Of a stretch of 64,000 nt of DNA, positions 8,856 to 18,452 are shown piece after piece; positions within the stretch are counted from its first letter, which is position 1; each line of letters begins with the position of its first letter. The stretch comes from Methanomassiliicoccales archaeon (lineage in GTDB: Archaea > Thermoplasmatota > Thermoplasmata > RBG-16-68-12 > SOIM01), in contig JAUVHO010000001.1 of the NCBI GenBank assembly GCA_030593295.1, positions 49,111-113,110 on the forward strand, in the 5' to 3' direction. The notes beneath the pieces are model-generated. The model made no database searches and was not told the origin of the DNA. It saw nothing but the letters and a program-made list of their open reading frames with translations. Made by a program: the position numbers and the translations under genes.

Positions 8856-9722
8856 CTAATGGGAGTCGTCTTCTAGTCCGATCCGCTCGGCAAGCGAGGA
8901 GATCTCCTCCGGGGAGAGCCCAACAACAGGGTAGAATATTGCCAGGAACTCTTTCTTCTCGAATTCTAGATTGTCGATATCGTTCCCGAACACCAGTCCT
9001 TCGACCTTCAGTTTCGTGGCCAGATCATCCATCTCGGAATAATCCTCAACCTGGTGCGACCTGGGTTTTGGGTCCCAGCTTTCCAGGACCTTGACCAGAT
9101 TATCTCCATTTCGATGTATAAAATGGACCTTGCATCCCCTCTTCATCATGAGCCAACATGAGACCGCATCATTGATGTCTTCCACCCTACCCAGGACCTT
9201 GCCCTGGCTCCCAAGCGGTAAACCGGCCGGTCCACGAATGATCTCCCGGTACAGGTATACGTCCTTCCCCCTTACCTCAACGAATATCTCCAGGTCCGGC
9301 TCTGTCAGGTCAACGCTGAGACCTTCGAAGGTCGACATTACGGCAGATCCCAGCTCGACGGCCAGATCCTGACTCGAATATGGATGCGTGCCAGACCTCC
9401 TTGCCCTGATGGCGAATGACACTCCCTCCTTCAGATCGTCCTTGAAGTGTTCCATGACGCTTTTCTTGATATCCTCGATAGACGACGAGCACTCCTCGAC
9501 GGGACTGAAGGAGACCACCCCAAAGGTTCTGGACAAGATATGCGAGGCGACCTCATGATTCTCGGACCTCACGTAGACCCTGCCTTCCTCAGCGGAGGTA
9601 AGACACTCCACACCTTCATTCAGGAACGAGTCCTGGATATTGGTGACCAGCCTGTCCCTGAGCCTCCTCCTGACCTGCGAGGACTTGAGACCTATCTCCC
9701 CGTACCTGACCAGATACAGCAT
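8856..9722 (-). CDS. ThiI-like THUMP-domain protein with degenerate PP-loop
   Basis: The N-terminus 'MLYLVRYGEIGLKS' and THUMP-like region are typical of ThiI. Where ThiI has 'LLSGGIDSPVA' this protein has 'LGRVEDINDAVS', followed by the conserved 'WLMMKRGCKV'. The protein is short at 288 aa. Confidence 0.7.
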   Translation of the reverse strand: MLYLVRYGEIGLKSSQVRRRLRDRLVTNIQDSFLNEGVECLTSAEEGRVYVRSENHEVASHILSRTFGVVSFSPVEECSSSIEDIKKSVMEHFKDDLKEGVSFAIRARRSGTHPYSSQDLAVELGSAVMSTFEGLSVDLTEPDLEIFVEVRGKDVYLYREIIRGPAGLPLGSQGKVLGRVEDINDAVSCWLMMKRGCKVHFIHRNGDNLVKVLESWDPKPRSHQVEDYSEMDDLATKLKVEGLVFGNDIDNLEFEKKEFLAIFYPVVGLSPEEISSLAERIGLEDDSH

Positions 9723-9797
9723 GCGCTCTCATTATCGGAACTCTCTACTAAAACCTCTCGTTAGGTTTATTTGCGACCCGCTCATACTCGCTTCGAG

Positions 9798-10595
9798 ATG
9801 TGGCAATTGGTCCTCCTGGTCATCCTCGTGTTCGGGGTTGCCTTCATATACTCCAACCTTGGGCTCGGGGGAGGTCTTCTCTATGTACCGATCCTTCTAT
9901 CACTGGCCTTCACGGGTGAGGGAGCTGAGGACATCGCTGTTCCCGTTTCGCTCACATTCACAACGGCCACGGGTCTGTCGGCAACCATCAACCACCACAG
10001 GAAGGGGCTCGTGAACTTCAAACTGGCAGGCATCCTCATAACAGGAGCGCTCATCGGCTCGGTCATTGGTGCGCTCTTCAACCTGAACACCTCCAAGCAG
10101 GTCTTCTTGGCGTTCTTCGTGACCGTCATCGTGATAATGGGAGTCAAGATGCTCCATGATTGGAGGAAGAACCGGAGATCGGAGGACGAGGACGACGATT
10201 CCATGATGACCAAGGGGAGGACTGCAGCCTCGGCGAACGGCACACTGGCTTCCGGGTTCCTGTCGGGGGGTCTTGGCATAGGCGGGGGTCTGGTAAATGT
10301 TCCTCTAATGGTCTATGTGCTCGGACGGGGGACCAGGAAGGCGATAGGGACCTCTTCTGCAATGATCGTTGTCACTTCCATATTCGGCTTCTTCAGCTAC
10401 TTGTGGCTGAAGCCCTCCCTGGAAATCGACTTCAACCTGATAGCGCTGCTCTGGCCTTTCGTGTTCGTGGGCGCGTTCGTGGGTTCCAGATGGGGGCTGA
10501 AGAAACTGAAGACAAGGTCAGTGGCGCTCATCTTCATTCTTGTCATGTTCATCGCGGCCGGGAAGATGACTGTGGATCTGATACTTGGAACCTGA
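9798..10595 (+). CDS. TSUP (TauE/SafE) family membrane transporter
   Basis: Multi-TM protein with 'GLGGGLLYVPILL' and 'GLGIGGGLVNVPLMV' half-repeat motifs. The ORF track start is TTG 9771; ATG 9798 is the likelier start. Confidence 0.8.
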   Translation: MWQLVLLVILVFGVAFIYSNLGLGGGLLYVPILLSLAFTGEGAEDIAVPVSLTFTTATGLSATINHHRKGLVNFKLAGILITGALIGSVIGALFNLNTSKQVFLAFFVTVIVIMGVKMLHDWRKNRRSEDEDDDSMMTKGRTAASANGTLASGFLSGGLGIGGGLVNVPLMVYVLGRGTRKAIGTSSAMIVVTSIFGFFSYLWLKPSLEIDFNLIALLWPFVFVGAFVGSRWGLKKLKTRSVALIFILVMFIAAGKMTVDLILGT

Positions 10596-10686
10596 GCGGT
10601 AACTGGAAATGAAAAAGAGTTTTAAGACTGACGGCAATACGTGAGAAGGTCGGAAGGGGTATGGAGAGTTACAGGAGAGGTGTCAA

Positions 10687-11454
10687 GTGGAACTGAGTTT
10701 GACAGTGATGTTGATCATAGGATTCCTCTCGTTCGTGACCGAGTACGTCGACGCCACACTGGGAATGGGTTACGGCACCAGCCTTGCGGCAGTACTTCTC
10801 CTAATGGGTTACAGTCCCCTGGATTTCGTTCCGCCCCTGTTGATCTCACAGTTCGTCGCTGGGATGTTTGCGGGGATTTCTCACCACTTCGTCAGGAACG
10901 TCGATTTCACGTTTGGTTCTCCAGATTTGAAAATCGCGGGAATATTGGGTGCCTGCAGCATCGTGGGCGTGGTGATAGCCGCCTTCGTTGCCGTATGGCT
11001 GGACCCGTTCATCCTCAAGCTGTACATCGGGGTGCTGGTCTTCGCCTTGGGAATTGTCATACTGGTGTTAATCGGCAGGACGTTCGTTTTCACCTGGGGA
11101 AGGATTGTCGGCCTGGGACTTGTCTCGGCGTTCAATAAAGGTCTCAGTGGGGGAGGATACGGACCGATGGCCACTGGAGGCCAGATATTGTCGGGTGTGG
11201 AGACCAAGAGCGCAGTGGGAATAACATCACTGGCCGAGGGCATCGCCTCCATAGCCGGAGTAGCTGCCTGGATGTACGTTGGTTGGACGGAAATCGGCTT
11301 CACCTTACCGCTCACAATAGGTGCCATATTATCGGTCCCGTTCTCGGCGCTCACTGTCAAGAGACTGCATGCGAGGAACCTGAGGGCCGTTGTGGGATTG
11401 GCCATAATGATCCTAGGACTCGTGATAATACTGCAAACGGTATTCACGGCGTGA
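10687..11454 (+). CDS. TSUP (TauE/SafE) family membrane transporter, second divergent copy
   Basis: Multi-TM protein with 'DATLGMGYGTSLAAVLLLMG' and 'GLSGGGYGPMATGGQIL' motifs. GTG start; ATG 10708 is an alternative. Confidence 0.75.
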   Translation: MELSLTVMLIIGFLSFVTEYVDATLGMGYGTSLAAVLLLMGYSPLDFVPPLLISQFVAGMFAGISHHFVRNVDFTFGSPDLKIAGILGACSIVGVVIAAFVAVWLDPFILKLYIGVLVFALGIVILVLIGRTFVFTWGRIVGLGLVSAFNKGLSGGGYGPMATGGQILSGVETKSAVGITSLAEGIASIAGVAAWMYVGWTEIGFTLPLTIGAILSVPFSALTVKRLHARNLRAVVGLAIMILGLVIILQTVFTA

Positions 11455-11473
11455 GGTTTCGGAGGATTTCGAG

Positions 11474-12322
11474 ATGATAAAGAAAGTATTGGTTGGCGTG
11501 GACATCAACATAGAAGAATGCATGCCGTTGGATTATACAGGGAGCCTGTGCAAGATCTTGGACGCCGAACTGGTGGCCTTGCATGTGGTGGAGGAGCTTC
11601 AGGTCTACAGCCTCTTCGGGACCGTACCCGCTCTCAAAAGGGAAGAGATAATGGAGGAGAGAAGAGCCATCGTCATGCAGACCGAGCTACTTGGGGAGAG
11701 GTTCGGCATAAAGGCCACCGGAAGGCTGGTCGAGGGTATCTCTCCCGCCGAAGAGCTGCTGAGGGTGGCCCATGAAGAAAAGATAGACCTGATAGTCGTC
11801 GGATGCCACGGCAGATCTGTGCTCATGGAAGCTTTGCTCGGCGGGGTTTCGAGTCAGATCGTCCACCATTCCAAGGTTCCAGTCCTGGTTATCAGGAACC
11901 CGAGAGGGTTCTCCAAGATACTCATGTGCACGGGAGGCTCCAAATACGCCGACGACGCGATCGATTACGCATCGGGGATAGCTGAAAAGGCTGGATCTGA
12001 GGTGACGATCCTCAGTGTTGCACCATCGGACGACCCGAAGATCGTGGAACGCGCCACCGAGATAGCGAGGACCGGAGCCGAAGCACTGAAGGAGAAGGGG
12101 ATCAAGGCGACCCCCAAGGTCAGCAGTGGTCATCCAGCAGAGGAGATCCTGAGGGAAGCGAGGAAGGGGGACTACAGACTCATTGTGATGGGCTACAAGG
12201 GAACATCGGCGGTCGTTGACCTTCTCCTGGGAGATGTCGTGTCCAAGGTAATGCACCACTCCCGCAGGCCAACGCTGATCTTCAGAGAGGATCCAAAACA
12301 AAGGAAGCCGGCGAAAGATTAG
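11474..12322 (+). CDS. Tandem-domain universal stress protein (UspA family)
   Basis: Two USP halves, each ending in a 'GxxG(9x)G(S/T)' type motif ('VVGCHGRSVLMEALLGGVSSQIVHHSKVPVLVI' and 'VMGYKGTSAVVDLLLGDVVSKVMHHSRRPTLIF'). Confidence 0.85.
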   Translation: MIKKVLVGVDINIEECMPLDYTGSLCKILDAELVALHVVEELQVYSLFGTVPALKREEIMEERRAIVMQTELLGERFGIKATGRLVEGISPAEELLRVAHEEKIDLIVVGCHGRSVLMEALLGGVSSQIVHHSKVPVLVIRNPRGFSKILMCTGGSKYADDAIDYASGIAEKAGSEVTILSVAPSDDPKIVERATEIARTGAEALKEKGIKATPKVSSGHPAEEILREARKGDYRLIVMGYKGTSAVVDLLLGDVVSKVMHHSRRPTLIFREDPKQRKPAKD

Positions 12323-12348
12323 CTCGATATCTTGAATCAAGGAGGTGG

Positions 12349-12624
12349 ATGGACTTGGGGAAGAAATCGGAGAGAACGAAGGACATAGCGGGAATGCTGG
12401 GGCTGGGGATGATATTCGGTACCGGGCTCATCACGATAATTACTTGGCTGGTAGCGTGGTGGAACGGCATCACGACAGGGACATACAAGGTGCTGGTGAA
12501 CATCAACTCGGTGGGAGAGATGTTCGCGGAGTTCTGGCTCATCTGGATCGTCCTTGGGTTCTCCATCTGGGGGATGTACTGGTACGTTCATGAGGCGATC
12601 CTGGAAGAGGATGAGATTGAGTAG
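12349..12624 (+). CDS. Small membrane protein, unknown function
   Basis: 91-aa ORF with two to three hydrophobic helices. It fills the gap between the USP and acyl-CoA ligase genes on the same strand. Confidence 0.4.
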   Translation: MDLGKKSERTKDIAGMLGLGMIFGTGLITIITWLVAWWNGITTGTYKVLVNINSVGEMFAEFWLIWIVLGFSIWGMYWYVHEAILEEDEIE

Positions 12625-12643
12625 GTGAAGGAGGAGACACTGG

Positions 12644-14197
12644 ATGCTTCTCTCGGAGATACTTGAAGAGGCTGACGAGAATCACGGGCAAGAACAAGCG
12701 GTGGTTTGCGGGGAGACCAGGTACACCTATTCGGATTTGAAGAACAGAGTGGAAAGACTCGCTGTGGGCCTGACAGAGAGGGGTTTGGGATCATCAGATA
12801 GGATAGCCATTGTCCACAGGAACTGCCATCATTTTCTAGAGGCCTACTTCGCGGTGGCGAGAATCGAGGCGGTCTTGGTGCCCATCAACTACAGGTTGTC
12901 GGTCAGCGACATCACCCACATACTGGAGAACTCGGGCTCCAAGGCAATCATAATTGAAGGTCATTTGCTGGAAATGGTCAGACCGGCGTTGGAGCAGACT
13001 ATCGGCTTGGAACTGGTGGTCGTGACCGGGGAGATGCACGGTAGCATGCCGGGTAAGGGCGTTCTGTATGATGAACTCATCAAAGGTGACGTACACGGAC
13101 TCCCGAAGCCGGATATCGATGAAGACGTCATGGCGCATCTCTACTACACCAGCGGAACGACCGGAAGGCCGAAGGGTGTCATCCTGACCCACAGGAACAA
13201 CTATGTCCACGCCGTCAACGCAATTGAAGAGATCCAGCTGCGTGGAGAAGACAACTGGCTTCACGTGTCACCCATGTACCATCTCGCTGACGCCTGGTCC
13301 ACGTGGGCGATCACAATGGTCGGCGGAACGCACCTGTTCGTTCCTGAGTTCAACGCGGAGCGTGTCCTGCGGACGATCGAGAGGGACAGGGCCACGATCA
13401 GCAATTTCATTCCTGTGATGTTGACGAGGATCGTGAATCAGCCAAATGTTGGCAGTTACGATTTGAACAGCTTCCGATTGGTCATGAGCGGAGGGGCACC
13501 CATAGCGGCAAAGGTGATAGGAAAGGTCATTGAGATCTTCGGTTGTGATTACATTCAAACCTATGGACTGACGGAGACCAGCCCTTACTTGACAATGTCC
13601 ATCCTGAAGGACCATCTTAAGGAACTTCCATTCGAGGAGAGACTGGAATATCTGGCTACCGCAGGCAGGCCGTTCAAGGATGTTCGCCTTAAAGTCGTAA
13701 GGAAGAATGGGGAGGAAGTGGAGCCGGACAGTGAAGAAGTCGGTGAGATAGTCGCCAAAGGGGAGACGATAACACCTGGATACTGGGAGCTCCCGGAAGA
13801 GACCGAGAGGAGGATAGTGGACGGATGGCTGCACACGAGAGACCTCGCGACGGTCAACCCAGAGGGATATGTCACGATAGTGGATAGGATGGACGACATG
13901 ATAATCACAGGGGGAGAGAACGTCTACTCCATTGAGGTGGAGAATGTGCTGAATGGCCATCCGCAGGTTTCGGAAGCCGCGGTCATAGGCCTGAAGGATG
14001 AGATATGGGGTGAAAGGATAGCCGCGATAATAGTCCCCAAGGGAGAGGTACCGACCGAACAAGAGATAATAGATCACTGCAAGAGAGAACTGGCGTCGTT
14101 CAAGGCCCCGAAAGAGATCATTCTCACCGATGAAATCCCGATGGCAACCTCAGGCAAGATCAAGAAGAACCTACTCAGGCAGAAATACGGTGGCTGA
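12644..14197 (+). CDS. AMP-dependent acyl-CoA synthetase/ligase
   Basis: AMP-binding signature 'YYTSGTTGRPKGV', 'YGLTE', 'GWLHTRDL' and C-terminal 'SGKIKK'. Confidence 0.9.
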   Translation: MLLSEILEEADENHGQEQAVVCGETRYTYSDLKNRVERLAVGLTERGLGSSDRIAIVHRNCHHFLEAYFAVARIEAVLVPINYRLSVSDITHILENSGSKAIIIEGHLLEMVRPALEQTIGLELVVVTGEMHGSMPGKGVLYDELIKGDVHGLPKPDIDEDVMAHLYYTSGTTGRPKGVILTHRNNYVHAVNAIEEIQLRGEDNWLHVSPMYHLADAWSTWAITMVGGTHLFVPEFNAERVLRTIERDRATISNFIPVMLTRIVNQPNVGSYDLNSFRLVMSGGAPIAAKVIGKVIEIFGCDYIQTYGLTETSPYLTMSILKDHLKELPFEERLEYLATAGRPFKDVRLKVVRKNGEEVEPDSEEVGEIVAKGETITPGYWELPEETERRIVDGWLHTRDLATVNPEGYVTIVDRMDDMIITGGENVYSIEVENVLNGHPQVSEAAVIGLKDEIWGERIAAIIVPKGEVPTEQEIIDHCKRELASFKAPKEIILTDEIPMATSGKIKKNLLRQKYGG

Positions 14198-14211
14198 CGT
14201 CTCGCGAATGA

Positions 14212-14994
14212 CTATTCTGGAATCTCGCCACCTTTAGTGAAATAGGTGATGTAGTTAAGTCCCCTCTTGGCGATCATTGAACTGGGTTTAAGTTCCTGAG
14301 CCTTTTCGAAGAAGGGTCTGGCCTCCTCGTATCTCTTCATGCTCTGAAGGGTGGTCCCTTTCTTGGCATATGCATCGGGGTTGTCTGGAGAGTATTTGAT
14401 CGCGTTGTCAAAACACTCGCTCGCATTCTCAAGGTTGCCCAGTGTCAGGTTGCACACAGCGTACTTGCACCAGAAGGTCCCGTCCTCGGCCTTGTCATCC
14501 GCGGACCTCTCGAACTTCTCCAGGTCGTTCTTGGCCTTCTCCACCGCTTTGAACGCCTTCTCTTTCCCGGGTCCGGCCAGAGGATGGTCCGGTGAAAGAT
14601 CAGTTGCCTCCACATAGTACTTGTAGGCCTCTGCCTGGTTCCCGTAGAATGCTTCTATGCGCCCCTTGAACTCCAAATCGTTCGCCTTAATCCGGTTGAT
14701 CTTCTTCTCGAACTTCTGCTCCCGGGCAGCGTCACCCAGGGTCGTGGCGAGGTCCTTCAGATCGGTATACACTTCAGGAGAGTCAAGGGGTCTCCAGAAA
14801 TAGTCCTCCGCCTCATCCACTTTGACATCGATCTGGGCCAGAACATCCTTTGCTCTTGAGGGATCCGAAACCTGAACGGTCCCAGAAGGGTCCCTTTGGA
14901 AGCCGATATCAGAAAGTGCGTTCAGAATCGCTTTGACGTTCTCACCCATGTCCAGGGTCACATCCAAGTTCTCCAATGAAGTCATGACAACCAC
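14212..14994 (-). CDS. TPR-containing protein
   Basis: The C-terminal half has TPR-like units ('AEAYKYYVEATDLSPDHP', 'ASECFDNAIKYSPDNPDAYAKKG', 'YEEARPFFEKAQELKP'). Confidence 0.65.
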   Translation of the reverse strand: MVVMTSLENLDVTLDMGENVKAILNALSDIGFQRDPSGTVQVSDPSRAKDVLAQIDVKVDEAEDYFWRPLDSPEVYTDLKDLATTLGDAAREQKFEKKINRIKANDLEFKGRIEAFYGNQAEAYKYYVEATDLSPDHPLAGPGKEKAFKAVEKAKNDLEKFERSADDKAEDGTFWCKYAVCNLTLGNLENASECFDNAIKYSPDNPDAYAKKGTTLQSMKRYEEARPFFEKAQELKPSSMIAKRGLNYITYFTKGGEIPE

Positions 14995-15042
14995 TCCTGC
15001 AACGTTCTCGGCGCATTAAAGCTTTTTCAATTCCGGGCCAGG

Positions 15043-15582
15043 TCATTCCTCGAGGTTCTCTGCATGGAGGTCCAGATGGTCCTTTTCGATCTCGACCAGG
15101 GCTCCAAAGAACTCCTTCAGTCGCTCTTCAGTGGTTTCGTCCCGGAACTTGGTGTAGGCCTTTATTGCCCTATCTTCCCTTTCCCAGCCTTCCTGTGAAT
15201 TGGCCTTGAACTCGCTGGAACAAGGAACGGATTCCAGACCTGGCTTGTCTATCTTCAAGAACTTGCATATCGCCGAAGCGTGTTCGTTCTCGACCTTCTT
15301 CAAGGCCTTGAACTTCGCGAGGCCGTACTCATCGCCGGCTTCCTTTGCGGCATCCATCGCACACGTGTAGAAGGCCGTGTTGTCCAGTTCCAGTTTCAGT
15401 GCGGCCTCAAGGTCAGACCGTGCGACATCATTGAGCTCCACGTTGAACTCGTTGGGGTTCCAGTCCTCCGCCATAACGAAATATTCTGTTACTGCTCCGC
15501 AGAACGGGCATCTTGTGGGAGCTTCTGTCCCGATATATGGATCCCCGCATATTCTACATCTGAATACTCTGACTTCTGACAT
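15043..15582 (-). CDS. Rubrerythrin-like diiron protein with N-terminal rubredoxin-type zinc ribbon
   Basis: 'CRICG..(12)..CPFCG' followed by a ferritin-like four-helix region with two ExxH motifs ('ENEH', 'EKDH'). The ORF track starts at 15630. ATG 15582 is preceded by GAGGA and is the likelier start. Confidence 0.7.
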   Translation of the reverse strand: MSEVRVFRCRICGDPYIGTEAPTRCPFCGAVTEYFVMAEDWNPNEFNVELNDVARSDLEAALKLELDNTAFYTCAMDAAKEAGDEYGLAKFKALKKVENEHASAICKFLKIDKPGLESVPCSSEFKANSQEGWEREDRAIKAYTKFRDETTEERLKEFFGALVEIEKDHLDLHAENLEE

Positions 15583-16242
15583 TCTTCCTCTCCCCGAGGG
15601 ATTCTCGTTCCCAAACTTGACGGTCCTCATACTTCTATCAGCTTATTATATTCTTTCTCATTTCTCTAGTATCGCCATCAAAACATTAATCTACACCCAT
15701 CTTCATCGTCAAGGTAGCCTCGAATACAGAAGCAGGAGGGAAGCGCTTTGGGCCGAAGAGGGGTTCCTATAGTCAAGTATTCTGAGCAGGTCAGAGAGCC
15801 TGTCAAGAGGTCTGCAATATGAGGCGGAGTTCTATTATTGATTGGCATCTTCATCTATCTAGTAAGCGTATTGTTGTTCCTCAACTGGTGCTTCGGACCA
15901 AGTTTCCTCATGCTGACAGCGGGGACATTTCTCACGGGATTTGGTGCGATGCTGGTGTGGAAAATCCGAGGAATAGCAGGAATCTTATTCTCGATGGCCA
16001 GTGTGCTACTTTTCACGACCTACTTATTTTGGGGAGCCTGCTAGAAGGAGATTCGTATTCCGATGCAACGTCTGCAGTTAACGTTGCACATTCATGGAAT
16101 ACAGACTAGGTACCTATCCTCACCCCTCCATATCGGGTCGTGCGTCCAACGCATTCAGCCTCTTGAGCGAGCCCGTATGATCTGAGAGTTCAGAAACCAG
16201 TCACAGGCGTGGGTCAGGTTCCAGTTGGATGAGAAGAAAGAA

Positions 16243-16695
16243 TCATCCGCCCATCAGGCCATTGTACAATGCTCTGGCCAATGATATCCTCTCCTTCCCC
16301 TTCGGAGCGTCAATCTCACACTGGCAGAAATAGGATGCCACGCCCGAGACATTGGCGCCAAGGAGACCGACCTGATCCGTGTCAATGAACGTATTGGCAG
16401 TTGCCGTTTTGCCATCAACAAAGAAAGTGACCGAATATTCTCCACCCACACCTTCGTCCCTAATCTCGACCTCGCAGAGAGTGCTTGCCTGGTAGTTCGT
16501 GGCTCTGACCATCACTACGTCGTAACTCTCAACATCGACCTCCCACAATGGGGCAAAGAGCACTGTCAAGGTCACCACCACAAAAACGATGACATATATC
16601 CTCCGCCTCCGAAGGTCTTGATCCGCGTCCGTCTTAGGTTCAAGGTTAGGCGGTTCTGGAACTTCCTCAGGTGCTGGTACTGGGTATTCCTCCAC
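16243..16695 (-). CDS. Membrane-anchored protein, paralog of 23060-23560
   Basis: Pro/Glu-rich N-terminus, one TM helix, ectodomain of about 95 aa. It shares 'LFAPLWEVDVESYDVV', 'IRDEGVGGEYSV.FFVDGK' and 'IDAPKGKERISL' with 'LFVPLMETEVSKYEVV', 'IRDKGVGGYYYVEVFADGQ' and 'IDPPTLKEKKSIL' of the other copy. Confidence 0.55.
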   Translation of the reverse strand: MEEYPVPAPEEVPEPPNLEPKTDADQDLRRRRIYVIVFVVVTLTVLFAPLWEVDVESYDVVMVRATNYQASTLCEVEIRDEGVGGEYSVTFFVDGKTATANTFIDTDQVGLLGANVSGVASYFCQCEIDAPKGKERISLARALYNGLMGG

Positions 16696-16874
16696 GAGCC
16701 CTACTCCCCCACGGCAATATCCCTTTGTTCTGCAATATCTAGTGGAGAGATAAATAGATTACCTCGGACGTAGAGAGACGAAACTCTTAATATGCCCATA
16801 ATGATTCGATTCTCACGGATCATTGATGCTGCCAACCTGGAGGGGCTGGTACAAGGTCACGGGAGGATGAACGG

Positions 16875-17288
16875 ATGAGAAAGGATGTCTTGTGGGGAGC
16901 GGCTGTTATGGTATTATTGGGAGCTATCTTGATGACCTTGAGCACAGTTATGATGTTCAACGCGGCTTCGAGGATGGCTGAAACTCCGAGCGCATATGAT
17001 ATCGTCGACGCTTACAATGATGCTCTAAGAGGTTCTTTGATAGGATCGGTAGGCACCATCGTCGCCTTCATCGGTATTGGAATAGGGTTTATCGGAATGG
17101 CTTTTGAAGAGCATGGTAGGAGTGTCAGGACTCTTTACCAACAGGTTGACAAAGGCCGCTATGTTGAAGAAAGGCCTCAATATCAGCAACAACCGATCTT
17201 ATATGCGTGTCCCAATTGTGATTCAACCCTGACCTGGATTTCCGAAAAGCATGCGCATTACTGTTTTGAGTGTAAGGAGTTCGTGTAG
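16875..17288 (+). CDS. Two-TM protein with C-terminal zinc ribbon
   Basis: Two hydrophobic helices, then 'CPNCDS..(13)..CFEC'. A GGGAGG sequence lies upstream of the ATG. Confidence 0.55.
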   Translation: MRKDVLWGAAVMVLLGAILMTLSTVMMFNAASRMAETPSAYDIVDAYNDALRGSLIGSVGTIVAFIGIGIGFIGMAFEEHGRSVRTLYQQVDKGRYVEERPQYQQQPILYACPNCDSTLTWISEKHAHYCFECKEFV

Positions 17289-17306
17289 AGCTATGGTTCC
17301 AGCTCC

Positions 17307-17681
17307 TCATTTCTGAGGCTTGAGTGGATTTGCCCAATCAATTGATGAGCCACAATTGGCACAGTCCTTCGGGGACGATTGCCTGGTGATGGTGGTGTGA
17401 CAATGGGGACAGTTCTGCATGGCCTTCATTCTGTTACTTCCTGCCGTCCAGAGAGAGATCATGCCTAAGATGATGAGGATCATCCCGACAATCACGGAGA
17501 GCAAACCAAAGATCACATTACCGGCTGCCACTCTGCAGTTCTCTTCTTGGAAAGGTGATCCGCCCCAAGCTCTGCCGGGACAACCTGCGAGGAAATCCTG
17601 ATTCTCAGTGTACATCGTAGCACCGAATACTACAATGATGACGCCAATGACCAGTAAGATAACTCTGACGGCTGACATCAA
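17307..17681 (-). CDS. Two-TM protein with C-terminal zinc ribbon
   Basis: TM1, a Cys-containing loop, TM2, then 'CPHCH..(12)..CANCG'. Same architecture as 18761-19198. Confidence 0.55.
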   Translation of the reverse strand: MMSAVRVILLVIGVIIVVFGATMYTENQDFLAGCPGRAWGGSPFQEENCRVAAGNVIFGLLSVIVGMILIILGMISLWTAGSNRMKAMQNCPHCHTTITRQSSPKDCANCGSSIDWANPLKPQK

Positions 17682-17790
17682 GAGCTTTGCCCTCCAGAGC
17701 GATTTTATGAGCTCGTCTCATCTGGACATGAGTCCGGTCAATTATGAATGTATCGTAGTTAATCGGATTGATTGTTTCTGACGATGGTCT

Positions 17791-18045
17791 CTAAGGACTG
17801 TACACGGTCTTCCTGTGCCCAAATCTCGTGAAGATGACGTCCTCCCCTTCTATGGCATAAATCCCTCTGTAGTCCCCCACCTTCAGTCGCCACGCATTTG
17901 CAACGCCAGATAGTTTGCTCACATCGCACTTTGGCCTTCGCCTTCGCGGGTCTTTCGCCAGAAGCTCAAAGACCGAACCAAACCTCTGCTGGGTTTCCCT
18001 GGGAAGGTTCCTGAACTCTTTCTCTGCACTGTGGGTGAAGAACAC
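17791..18045 (-). CDS. RelE/ParE-family toxin
   Basis: '...LSGVANAWRLKVGDYRGIYAIEGEDVIFTRFGHRKTVY' matches the RelE/ParE C-terminal core. GTG start 24 nt after the upstream antitoxin stop. Confidence 0.8.
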   Translation of the reverse strand: MFFTHSAEKEFRNLPRETQQRFGSVFELLAKDPRRRRPKCDVSKLSGVANAWRLKVGDYRGIYAIEGEDVIFTRFGHRKTVYSP

Positions 18046-18069
18046 TGTGTAGTCTGGCAGATCCTCACC

Positions 18070-18285
18070 TCAGAGCTCAAGCTCTTCCTTTATTTCAGCC
18101 CAGGTCCGCCTCTTCTCTCCCCGCAGCCGCCTCAAATGCTCAAGGAAGAACTCCTCGGGAGGATGGACGGTCAGAAGATCATTGATGAGGTCGTCGTAGG
18201 TCGCTCCTCCCACTTTGTATCCTCTCAGTTTGTCCAGTGTCTCTTTGCGGACGGGGATGGTGGTGTATTTTGCTTCTGATGTCAT
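18070..18285 (-). CDS. Putative antitoxin partner of RelE
   Basis: 71-aa ORF immediately upstream of the toxin. It shares 'T.....ET.DKL+.....G.TYDD(L/I)I' with the antitoxin at 58398-58601. Confidence 0.65.
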   Translation of the reverse strand: MTSEAKYTTIPVRKETLDKLRGYKVGGATYDDLINDLLTVHPPEEFFLEHLRRLRGEKRRTWAEIKEELEL

Positions 18286-18452
18286 TGAATCAATTGAAAT
18301 AATGGATATGATGATATTAATAACTTTCTTGAAGCGGAGGGAAGTGACATGAAGAAAACAGTCAATGGCGGTACAACGATATCAATCACAAGCATATTTG
18401 TACTAGTTATTGGCTTTGTAGATGGCCGAGAGAATTGAGGAGGAATCTGGAT

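Noticed and set aside
15838-16044. 68-aa hydrophobic ORF with a TTG start
   Set aside because: It is kept out of the feature list. It has no ATG, no ribosome-binding or TATA signal at a convincing distance, and no motif. It could be real, but the sequence alone cannot support it.
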